This document shows positions 51,950-64,000 of a stretch of 64,000 nt of DNA, piece after piece; position 1 is the first letter of the stretch, and every line of letters begins with the position of its first letter. Location: assembly GCF_006345805.1 (NCBI RefSeq), contig NC_043009.1:58404001-58468000 (forward strand), in the 5' to 3' direction. Below the pieces are notes generated by a model that was not told the DNA's origin, made no database searches, and saw only the letters and a list, made by a program, of their open reading frames with translations. A program made the position numbers and the translations under genes. Origin of the DNA: Octopus sinensis. Its lineage: Eukaryota.

Positions 51950-53278
51950 ACATACTGTCCCCGTCGCCAGCTTTACCACTCATAATTTCCCCACCAAATT
52001 AAAAAACTCAACCATCCATGCCAATGCTACTGCCACAAGCCAAATATCCACACTATGGCACCTGAATCCTTTATTTGTGGACCCTAGTCTATTTTCTTAC
52101 CCGTGGCTCCTTTTCTTGCCTGCCTAAACATATTCTACCATCAAGACAGATACTGGCTGAAGAGAGATATTTCTTCTTTATCAGAATTTTTTTCCTACAG
52201 CATCCAGAGTTAACCTACTACAGAAGGAGAAGAAGCAACCACATGTTTGCTAGCGTGGTAGATATTTGCCAGATTCCCGTAGCTATCATCTTACAGCAAT
52301 GAGAACAGAAGGTGCTTTCAAATATGCCAAACAACACAAAAGAAGGAACAGAACAAGACAACAAAAAGAGGAAAAGTATAAAAAAGAAGATGGTTACATT
52401 TCGAATGCCTTTGATCGCGCTTCTGTCAAATCTGAAGTAACCTGGTGCTGAACGTTTAAGCGACCAATGTTTTAATATTTTTTTTCTTTCGCTGCTGTTT
52501 TCTTTGAGTTCCTTTCACTTTATTTCATAAATCGTCACACTGTCAGTAAGAGATTTATACGCTATCAAAGAATCCAAATGGTGTCAAGAAGACACGCTGT
52601 CTGCATTATGACACAGAGACAGCCGCATAAGTAGAAATAAAGAAACTCGGACAGAAAGCTAGCTATATTGAAAGATTGACGGAAGTTTGCCTGTCTATGT
52701 GGATAGCTAGATAGATAAATAACGTCTTACACTCACATATATATATACAAATACACGGGTTGAAAGACGCATAGACGAAGGCAACACATTAACTCTTAGA
52801 GCCACATATACAGAAATATAAAATAGTTAAGAGGCTTGACATATGAAAGCAAAATAATAAACCTAAAAACCAACGAAACCAAATCATACAGTATATCCAA
52901 GAATTATCTCTGTCAAGTGGAACGTTATGCGCATGAAAAGAAATAATAACATTCAAAGTTAACAGCTGACATATAGATCCCCCCATAGTAAATTCTCTCG
53001 AAGATTTATGAACGCACGAATATTGATAATTGTTATCAATAAGATTTGCAATTCAGTTAGTGAAACGGACAGTAGCGAAATATTGCCTAAGTACGTATTT
53101 TATCAATACACATTCGTGCACATTCAGTAAACGCATACACATGGACATATACGTACATGACACACGACGATAAATATCCGCTCATCCACCTATACGCTCA
53201 TACACACGCACAGATTGATAAATGGATTAAACGCACAACATAATTTCAGTATAGTTGTGTATCTTTTTATTCAAGAAG

Positions 53279-53323
53279 ATGCTTCTGCCCCGATCAGAGG
53301 TTTACTTATCCTTTCTCCCTAAT

Positions 53324-53373
<50 letters not shown>

Positions 53374-53433
53374 TTTACTGGGGTTATGGAAGAAGGATAA
53401 GTAAACCTCTCATCGGGCATCGGGGCGGAAGCG

Positions 53434-53434
<1 letters not shown>
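53279..53434. repeat. Inverted repeat with arms of about 50 bp around (TA)n
   Basis: GCTTCTGCCCCGAT..AGAGGTTTACTTATCCTT and its reverse complement at 53393-53432. Confidence 0.75.
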
Positions 53435-53465
<31 letters not shown>

Positions 53466-53761
53466 ACAAAGGGAGAGAAAGAGAGAAGCGGAGAGATATA
53501 TGTGTTTTGACATCTGTGAAACCTTATTCATTTTATCCTACACACACGTCAGTTCAGCCTGTTGCATGGCACCTCATCCTATTGTTCTTTCTGTGTTAGT
53601 CCTAAATCTTGTTTAATAATCAATTATTAATACAATCACTCTAGTCCGGCACACATGTACACCAGCTAGACACACAATCCATGCGCGTGCACACACACGC
53701 ACGTACGCACACACTACATATTATTATATATGTTATTAGTAGACGAAGCAACAAAGCTGTG

Positions 53762-54214
53762 GGCCGGCGGAATCGTTAGCACGCCGGGCGAAATGCTTCG
53801 CAGCATTCCGCCCGTCTTAACGTTCTGAGTTCAAATTCTGCCTCGGTGCACTTTGTCTTTCATTCCTTTCGTGTTCGATAAAATTAGTACCAGTTGAGCA
53901 ATGGGTTCGATGTAGCGACTAGCCCCTCCTACCTAATTTTTTTGCCTTGTACCTACTTTAGAAAGAATTATTATGTGAAGCATTTCACATTCAGTTTTGA
54001 ACGGTGAGCTGCAGAATTGTTAGCACACCGGGCAAAATGATTAGCGGCATTTCGTCCATCTGTAAGTTCTGAGTTCAAATTCCGTCTTGGTCGATTTTCC
54101 ATTTCATACTTTCGGGGTCGATAAATTAAGTACCATATAGAGCACTGGGATCGATGTAACCAATTTATCTTCTCCCCACAAATAACTGGCCTTGTGCCAA
54201 AATTTGAAATCAAT
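53762..54214 (+). mobile_element. Two tandem SINE family B copies
   Basis: Family B head and core at about 53762-53969 and 54002-54214. Confidence 0.75.
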
Positions 54215-57200
54215 ATTTTGGTATAAGTTTTGTCTTTGCTTTTGTTCTTCGGTATAGATCGGTCGTTCTGGTTGGCTGCTCATAGCTGACCAGTTATTGA
54301 TGTTTTGATATTTCGCTGCCTTTCGTGTATTCCGTCTCCAATTATACTTTCTCTCTTCCTTTGACATCGTATTTAGGAAGAATATAATGGGAGTTGAAAT
54401 ACTGAATGTTCCAAGGAGTGGCTTTCTGAATAGGACATTTTTCAGTAGTAGTAGTAGTAGTAGTAACAACAGTAGAGGAAGTAGTTTTTGTAGTAGAAAT
54501 GGTTGTGGCCGAGATAGTTGCTATTCTTTTAGCTGTTGTTGTTGTGGTAGTAGTGGCAGTAGGCGTACTAGTATCATTATAACATTAGTAGTAAAGCAGT
54601 ATTGATATATATTCTAACAATAGAATAAAAGGGAACTGGGTGAACTGGAACAACGGAAAATGAATTACAGGGTGGCAGTGCTAGGTAGTGATGTGCATAA
54701 GTACAAAGTTATTCGCAGTTCAAATATGCTTAGAGCACGTTCGAACTCGTAAGAAAGCAATTTGTCACGGTATCTGTAACTGAGGAGGAAATAACCACTC
54801 CAAAATGTATGAATCTCACTGTATGGGCAGGTGGCGCTGCGAGCTGATTTTAGTGCATTTACACCATTTGTCTACAGCTAAAAATTTTCCCCACGACAAA
54901 ACACTAGGAATGTCCTTACAAATTCCAAAGTTGGCTCAACCATATTTGAACTAGTAATATACTGTCTTGCTTCATAACACGCGTGTCGCCTGTTCCAGGA
55001 GCAGAAATGACAGTCATGAATCCAACACCCTAACCACAAAGACATGGGACTCTACATATTGACAATACTAATAGTTACAGTAATAATTTTTTTTCTTAGT
55101 CACAACGACATATTTGAGGAGGACATCACAGGGACAGTCAGTTATTTGTGTGAGGATTTACATAACAAATGAGGAGAAAGAAATGGAAAAGGCGAAGAAA
55201 TGCGATAAATTATACATATTATATAAAGTATATGATGACATGAGAGATGCACACCTCCTGATAGAGGAGAAACTCCATCTAGGTTCATTCAAGGAATCCT
55301 CTCATATCCATGATGATCCTTAACCACCAAAGGCATGTGCCATCTCCCATCTGTTGCTCTCCAGTCCATAGGCACATGATTAGAGTAGAGCCATTCACGC
55401 TAACCATTTTTGCTACTGTCACCTATCTTTTCATAAATACACAACACTAACTGATTTTTCTTCATCTCTACACTGATTTTTCAAGTGGAAAATCGAATGA
55501 CGATGAGGAGTTCGCCGAAAGAGAAAGAGTTTGTCCGCAAAACTTTAGCCCTCGTCCGCCACACAATCTCTTTCGCCATAACCACAAGACAGAAAGTATC
55601 GTACCGTCTGCCTGCCTTGATAAAAATGGGTGAGGAACGATCTTCGCTATGGATTCTCCTGATATTCAGATTCGTCTCATACGCGATAACATTTGTTCGG
55701 CAAAACGCCACAGCTCAGCAATATTCTGACACTGCAGATTGCAGGCAGCATGATTCAATGGCTTCGATGCTCTGCGTGCATCCTAGAGACACCCGCCTAG
55801 CACCACCTCCGCTGCTATAATTCTCAGCACATTGAGAATTATATTATATAACGGGAATAAAAATATAAAATAAGCATGGAATTGTGTCTCATCATAAAAA
55901 TATTCTTAATTCACCCATTCTATTCACATCTATTCACATTGATGAATAAAATACGTAACAGGCTGAAATAATGAATATAGGCAATAGATCCACTGTAATA
56001 CTCAAAACATGGGCCCTGACATGTGGCCGTCTCATTATTGGTATCAGTAGATGAGTAAAAAGCAGTTGGTATATATGTTGGAATCTATATCTTCACCGGA
56101 GGTCGTCTCTCATTTTGACCAAGTTCTCTCATGGTAAGATTAAATTCGCATCTGGTGTTCGGAGGAATTATTTTTCTCTATTATGCAGTACGTTCTTTAT
56201 ATCTTCGATCAGCCTTCAAAATACAATTCTGGCTGTAACCCTCTATGTGTTTATTTCCCACAGATCAGGATCATGTATATTTCTTGCATGTGAGTATATC
56301 ATTTTTCCATCACTTCATCTCTTGCAAACAGAAGTGAGTCATGCTCGACTTTTTCACTTGAAATATTTAATCTTCCTCTGAAGATTGATTTTGAAAATAA
56401 ACTCTAATTAACCTCGATGCAGAAATTCTTGAAATCATATATCTACAGTAAAATGAAAAGAAAGGGTGCGAATAAAGGACACATCACAGGTGAACTCAAT
56501 CTCATTTTCGAATCACATCTAACACATGCACGAAACTTTTCATCGCCATGTTTAGTTTATCAACAGTGTTAAAAGGAATTAAAATGATACCTTGCCAAAT
56601 ATTGGAATCTCTCAACACCTAGTAAATGGCAGAACCTTTTCTATGGTCAGGAATTACGTTTCAATTTTACTGAAACAGTTCAGCATATTTCACTAATGTT
56701 TTACTTCCCCCATTTTCCTTCCGTTTTATCACGTAAACCTGTTCTATGGCGTTACCCTACAATAAAACGTTGCGCGATTTTGGTTTTAATATCAGCAACG
56801 TCTACTTCTCAATCGCTAAAATTATAATTTGATTGCGTTTAAAATCACCAATGTCACACTCCGACATTTGCAAAATATACAGTTTTATAGTAACCGTTTC
56901 GTATCTTGCTATAACACTAATATTTCGCACTCTTAAATACAAAATAATTGTTAAGAGAATGAAAACGTTGCCTCATTTCAACCATTTAATCTCGCTTGAG
57001 CGAAAGTATTTAAGATGAAATACACCTCGGGGAACTTCATTTGTCTTAAGAATCTAAATCGACTGTAATCTCTGATAATACTCGTTGCTATGTAATTAAA
57101 GATGACGGAGGACTTTTGAGGTGTAATCCACGTCATGTCCTTTCAAAATTACACTCAATGGAAATTACATTAGAAGTTTATTCAATAAGGGTTTGCGATG

Positions 57201-57364
57201 AATTATAAATGTGAACGAACGGGACATAAATGGATGAAACGCGTATTTAAATGTAGGACCAGTAATAATTGGAAATGCATAAAAGCTAGCAAGACTTATT
57301 TCTTGATTAACAAAATCTAATGTAAATGTTTCGAAATGCACGAGTGGGGAACTCTCTTTCCCTC

Positions 57365-57453
<89 letters not shown>

Positions 57454-57488
57454 ACCTTTTTATCTATCTATTTCTCTCTTTCTCTCTT

Positions 57489-57526
<38 letters not shown>

Positions 57527-57588
57527 ATGTATAAATGTATATATTCAATTGTAACTGAAGTTGGGAGTTTTCCAAAGATTCAGTCGGC

Positions 57589-57676
<88 letters not shown>

Positions 57677-57747
57677 CTATCTAACTATCTATTTATCTAT
57701 CTATCTATCCAGCTAGCTGTCTGTCTGTCTGCCTGTCTGTCTGTTTG

Positions 57748-57826
<79 letters not shown>

Positions 57827-58944
57827 TTATCTATCTATCTTTCCATCCATCTTTCCATCCATCTATCTGTCTCGCAGACCATTCTATTTTGCTACTTCAG
57901 ACAGCGAAATATAAAAAAAAAAAAAAAAAAAAAATTAAAAAACGTTCGTTCTTAACGGTTTGAACATCGAAGATACGCTTATGCTAATAAAAGCTTGTTG
58001 TGGTCCTCTTCCACTCACACATACATTATGCACCAAAGTCTCTTTCTGATTATAGGAAGTAGCAAAGAAAATCTTCGGCGCAGTTTCCCCCATGTTTTGA
58101 CCGAAAACTTGCTGCACTTAGACAGCAATCTATAATCGATCATTTTAAACTGCCATCGGCGAAGGACCAAGAGAAATATAATTAAACTCCGCAATATAAC
58201 AATCACTATCCTCCTTCTATCACTCTTGCATCCATTATCCCCCTCTTCTTTATCATTGTCTCCCTTTCTATATTCCTCTCTCTCTCTCTTCTCTCCTTTT
58301 CCTATCCCCCACTTTCTCTCTCTCTGTCTGTCTTATGTTATGTTGTTGATAACCTTTGTTTATTTGACTAATATCTCGCTTTGGTGTTTTCGGTTTTTTT
58401 TTTTTGATACGAACAAAGAATTACAGAAAAGAATATCAAGCAATCAAAGAAAAAGTTGCACCTTTATATTTCAAATATATTCTTATTGAAATTGTGCAAC
58501 ATCACAACAATAATAAATAACATTTTTCCTGTTCTGTGTAACCGAAAAACGAAAGCAACTTAAGTTTACACACACGCACACACACACAGACACAGTCAAA
58601 CACACACGCACACACATTCACTCACACACAACGCACATATATATGCATATATCTCTGTATGTATATACAATTCATATGTATATATATATATATATATATA
58701 TACAATCCATATGTATCTATATATATATATGTATACATATGCGTATATATAAATATTATATATATATATATATATATATAGTGAAATATATTTACCACTT
58801 AAACGTGGCTAACCCCTAAGGGTGGATGCTACTGTAGATTGTGGTCCCAGGAGGACACCTCCTCCAGTTGGCTGTTGACACACTTTCTGTGCCCTGTCAG
58901 TACTTGCAAAGGGAAGCCATTCTTCCCGTCTTCAACCTATGATA

Positions 58945-58989
58945 CACACGGACTCGAGTTTCTGGGTATTGACCCGTAATCAGCGTGTG
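58945..58989 (-). ncRNA. Type-I hammerhead ribozyme motif with G8 changed to U
   Basis: Minus strand: CACACG-CTGATTA-C-GGGT-caat-ACCC-A-GAAA-CTCGAG-TC-CGTGTG; GUC triplet; inside an island of about 230 bp flanked by TA-rich sequence. Confidence 0.7.
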
Positions 58990-59240
58990 ACAATCACGAG
59001 ATATTTATTATAAATATATATGCTAATACACGACGTACGTTGGTCTCCTCATTCGTATCATTATCGAACCTGGCGCTTAACATTAATCTGTACATACTAT
59101 TTACTTAGCATTCCCTGGCACCAATACCTCTCCTACCCTATACATATATATGCAGACATCATATATATCTTTGAATATATTATATATAATATATGCATAT
59201 ATATGTGTGTGTGTGTGCATGTGTGCGTGCGAGCGCGAGC

Positions 59241-59288
<48 letters not shown>

Positions 59289-60104
59289 TGTGTGTGTGTG
59301 TGTGTGAGTGTGTGTGTCGGTCTGTTTGTTTTGTATATACATATTTACAAGGTTTTCTTATTGACACTGAAAGTACGGCATTATGAGAACAAATAGTGAA
59401 TGTTTCTTGTAAAGTCTAACGCAAGAAACCTGCAGACTCTGAAAATGCAAAAGAATAGATCACGTGGACCTTTTCCTGCCGATCTACTTTTCAAAATGGG
59501 GTACATAACTGAGGTAACGAAATTGCACTATAGGTATGGCTTCGGGATTTATTTCTTAGTATTCTTGTAGAATGAAGATGCTAGTTTCTAATATGGAAGC
59601 AAAAATACCATTGCTGGAATTTTGATAACAATGGTAACAGCTACATAATGAATTTTAGCAAAGACCATTTGTATTCTTACAGTTTTGCAGTTCCTATCCG
59701 TCAAGTTTGCGTTAACTTGTCACTTTCGTTGCCTGATAATACTAATTTCCTGCTAAACTTAATAAGATCGTGGCTTAAACATTGACGAGGATAACCAAAT
59801 GCATATGCTAGAAATCGGAATTTATCAGGGCCGGGGAGCTTATTCAAAAACCTGTTCATAGATATTCACATTCTCTTTGATTTTCGGAGACATGTTCTTA
59901 TGTACAGTGTAGACAATCTTCATGAGTAAAGACGCTTTTCATTTCTGTCCAAATAACTAAATCGTGTGTCTTATTTATGAACTTGTTAAGCATTTTAATG
60001 GGATTGTTCCCTCAATAATCTTCTATATGTATGTAAGTATTTTTTCCAAAATATTTCATCAAAGTGGCAGCATATTCGAAAACATTTAAGGCAAAAATTA
60101 TAAA

Positions 60105-60464
60105 CAATTTATAAACAAGGGCAAAAGAAAAAAGATTTCTATCCCAATATGATGAGAATAGACTTTAAATCGTCAATCACCACATTATAATATACATTCA
60201 CTATGAATACATGTCGGGTTGAAATGGAGGAAGGCAAGTTAACAGAATTTTTCATTATTTTTTTTTTATTTTTTAACGAATTTTTTATAACGAATTTTCT
60301 TTATAAAGCGAATTTTAAAAAAAAAATTGTGTTAGCTTGCATTCCTCGATTTCAGCACAACGTGTATTCATGATGAATGAATATTTTAATGTGGTGATTG
60401 AGGATTTAGTCTATTCCCAGCATATTGGTATAGAAATCTTTTCTTCTTTTGCCCTTGTTTATAA

Positions 60465-60468
<4 letters not shown>
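60105..60468. mobile_element. MITE-like fold-back with inverted arms of about 148 bp
   Basis: CAATTTATAAACAAGGGCAAAAGAA... (60105-60252) is inverted at 60322-60468. Confidence 0.7.
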
Positions 60469-60530
<62 letters not shown>

Positions 60531-60950
60531 TGTGTGTGTGTGTGTGAAAATAAGTAACAGGATATGAAGATGTGATGCAGTACGACCGTTTCATCAGCGG
60601 CTCCATTTAATTCGATAATGCAATCTTTCATCATCAATTTAAATGCAGGGCTATCATCAGCTGCACAAATAAATAGAACTTTAATCAGTCGGACACATCA
60701 ATATAATTTTGCTCAAATACTTTAACAGAGCAAGAAGATGGAAGAAATCCATGTTGTCGCTATTGTTGCTAAGAATATACTACATTTCCAAGAAAAGCAT
60801 GAAGCATACTGGGTTCATAGCTTGTAAAGGATTTGGGTTCATTTCTAATTTATTTGTCTTTTTATCAATTACTAAATCTAAGATTAGAGGATTGTGTCTG
60901 TTTGGAATGAAGGGCAAGAGTAAGTTGACAGCTTATGGCTGGGTATACCC

Positions 60951-61202
60951 TTTTACTCTCCTACTTGTTTCACTCATTTGATTAATGGCCATGCTGGAGC
61001 ACTGTCTTTAGTCGAACAAATCGACCCCTGGACTTATTCTTTGTAAGCCTAGTACTTATTCTATCTGTCTCGTTTGCCAAATGCTGAATTATGGGGACGT
61101 AAACACACCAGCGATGTTGGGGGGACATACACAGACACACAGACATATGCACACACACACATACATACATACATACATACATACATAATACATACATACA
61201 CC

Positions 61203-61234
<32 letters not shown>

Positions 61235-61253
61235 TATGTATGTATGTATTATG

Positions 61254-61299
<46 letters not shown>

Positions 61300-61349
61300 C
61301 ATGTGTGTGTGTGTGTGTGTGTGTGTTTGTGTGTTTGTGTGTGTGTGTA

Positions 61350-61381
<32 letters not shown>

Positions 61382-61507
61382 CGAGCGAAACCTCCCTCGG
61401 CTAATGGACGGTGCTGAATCATATCTGCTAGAGATTTGCTCGACTAAAGGTGGTGCTCCAGCTTGGCCACAGTCAAATGACAGAAACAAGTAAAAGAGTA
61501 AAAGAGT
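60951..61507. mobile_element. Two SINE family A 3' ends in inverted orientation
   Basis: 60951-61145 minus and 61432-61507 plus. Confidence 0.7.
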
Positions 61508-61605
61508 ATATATTTATATATATATGTAGATAGTTAGATGTGTGTATGCCCGCGTGTGTATGTCATTTTGTGAGAATGCGTGTGTGTGTGTGTGCCTATA
61601 TGTGC

Positions 61606-61650
<45 letters not shown>

Positions 61651-62788
61651 TGTGTGTGTGTGTGAGTGTGTCTGTGTGTGTCTGTGTGTCTGTGTGTGGT
61701 GTTTTTAGCATTTAATATATTTTAGAAACTACGATATAGATTATAGTTAGACGGAAACCAGTTTTGTTCGAAAGATTAAAAATACCATAAAATAACCATT
61801 GATTTTTCTTTCTTTGATACGAAAGAATATATCCGTATCTCTTTCTCAGCTTTTGTTGTTTTTACAATCCTACTCTTTGTTGATGTTAGTCCGCCATTTT
61901 CCTTGTTGAAGTGTTGCCCTTATTACTCTCTATGCATACGTTTTCTTTGATGCTAATCACATCGTTGTTATTTCGAACTGTTCAATAATATCTATGATTC
62001 AAAGACTTCTAGCCAATGCATCTTATCTTTTTGTACATCTAATAGTACACTTTCCTCATTATGCTGAAATTAAAAAAAAAAAAATACAGGGTTTAAATTT
62101 TGATCGCCATCGTCGCGGCATTTTCTTAGCAATTCGATTGGCCGCGGAAATGTAATCTTCTTAGTTCGGTTTGATGATCAAGCTGCTTTTTGTTGTTGTT
62201 TGTTTGTTGCTGTGTGTATTGGAGCGTTGTGGAGATCGTTGTTTTGTTGTTGTGTTGTTGTTCTTCTTCTTCTTCTTGAGAATGTCCACGCTTTCTTCCT
62301 TTCATTTCCAGTTTCGATGACGTTTCCGGCAATCTGTCTTTTCGATAATTCGTGGGGAGTATGATTGAGTTTAATAAAACTCGGCCATCACAACCACATC
62401 GTCAGCTTTCCCGATTTATGTTCAAACGTACACACATCCACGGTCATATGTCAGTATGTATGCGTATGTGTATATTTGTGTTGTGTGAGTTGTGTGTGTG
62501 TGTGTGTGAGTGTCTGCGTGTATGTATGGGTGGTCGTAAGTATACATATATTTATGTATAAGTGTATGCATGTGTGTGTATGTGTGTGTGTATATATATT
62601 TAAATATGTATATAAATTATATATAAATATACCTGTACATCTATATGTATATCCATAAACATATGTGCTTGTACGTCTGTTTTTGTGTGTGAATATATGT
62701 CTGCGTGTGAGCGTGTGTATGAGCGTATGTGTGTCTATAATGCTATAATGTGTATATATATGTGTGTTTGTGTGTATATGTATATACG

Positions 62789-62844
<56 letters not shown>

Positions 62845-62892
62845 TGTATGTATATATGTGAACACGTAGATATAAAAAGTGAGAGTGAAAGT

Positions 62893-62924
<32 letters not shown>

Positions 62925-63519
62925 CAAAGAGAAATCTTGATAACAGTTCGTTCTCAATTCTCATATCCGTTTGTTAGCGGTGATTTTATTAGAGTCGGCC
63001 GAGAGAAAGGGAGATAATTGTGCATTAGAAACGACGTGAATATATACTAACACAAACACATTTGTGCATCCAAACATGATACTCTCACACATACATGTAA
63101 AGGTATTAATGACTACATATATATATATACAAGCTGCATACTACGCACTCAGGCACACTTACACAAACACACGCAGACACACGCAGAGACACACAGACAC
63201 ATAGAGCGAAGAAAAAATTGTTGAGAGATCAAATTAAAATTGACAGCTGACCAAGAAAATAAATAGTGAATTAACGTTAGAGAGTTTAGCGGTGAGATAT
63301 ATAGACAAATATAACTCACAAGCTTATATACATATCCAATCACGAAAGATCTGTGTGTGTGTGGTGTGTGTGTGCGTGTGTGTGTGGGTGATATAATATA
63401 TGTGATTAATTATCTATAAACATATACGCGTGTGTATATCTTGTGATTCTTTATAGAGAGATAAATCAGTGACACAGAAATAATAATAATACAATATAAT
63501 AATATATAGTTAATATTGG

Positions 63520-63551
<32 letters not shown>

Positions 63552-63584
63552 GTGTGTGTATGTATATATATATGTGTGTGTGTG

Positions 63585-63628
<44 letters not shown>

Positions 63629-63956
63629 TGTATGTATGTATGTGTCCATGCACATATGTATGCATATATGTATATGAATAAAGAAACATAATTCGTTGCT
63701 ATTATGCAAAAGTGTCGTAAGTTTTAAGCGCTGCTTTTTTTTTTTTTTGTCAGAAAAAAGATAAAACAGTTTCAGTATTTCATGGCAAAATCGTTGAAGT
63801 GACCTTGAGACAATTTTTGATATATTGGCATCTGAAGCAGATGCAGATACGATAATCTGACAAAAGGTACCGGCTCTTGCAAGCAAAATTAAATATTGAA
63901 AAACTTAAAACGCATTTGGCCAAATTTGGATATACGACAGTTTCACATAATAGTAA

Positions 63957-64000
<44 letters not shown>

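Noticed and set aside
62100-62400. CpG-richer patch with ATTGG, TGACGT and TTCCGG motifs, a possible promoter
   Set aside because: Such short motifs are expected by chance and no linked gene is visible.
601-63886. Most ORF-track entries (poly-YI, LSIY, HT, poly-N/K/T)
   Set aside because: They are translations of stop-free microsatellites or SINEs, with no protein-like complexity.

Overview
AT-rich, microsatellite-saturated eukaryotic non-coding DNA. The SINE families and the (TA)n/(TATG)n/(TAGA)n load look like an octopus (cephalopod) genome; this is an inference from repeat content. No host protein-coding gene can be supported, and almost all ORF-track entries are translated microsatellites. 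Recognisable content: several tRNA-derived SINE families in many copies; two mariner transposons with frameshifted transposases; Tc1, hAT and Helitron remnants; a TAA-flanked R4/Dong-type non-LTR retrotransposon with an internally deleted sister copy; a CR1-type 3' fragment nested in a SINE; and an old Ty3/Gypsy fossil. The main hidden signal is at least 12 minimal type-I hammerhead ribozyme motifs from about 7-8 sequence families. They lie in short elements, mostly within (TA)n tracts and often in fold-back arrangements, which fits Penelope-like element termini or retrozymes. Several carry recurrent non-canonical cores, and one inversion breakpoint falls within 1 nt of the predicted self-cleavage site. 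All alignments and folds were done by eye, so degraded repeat boundaries are approximate.
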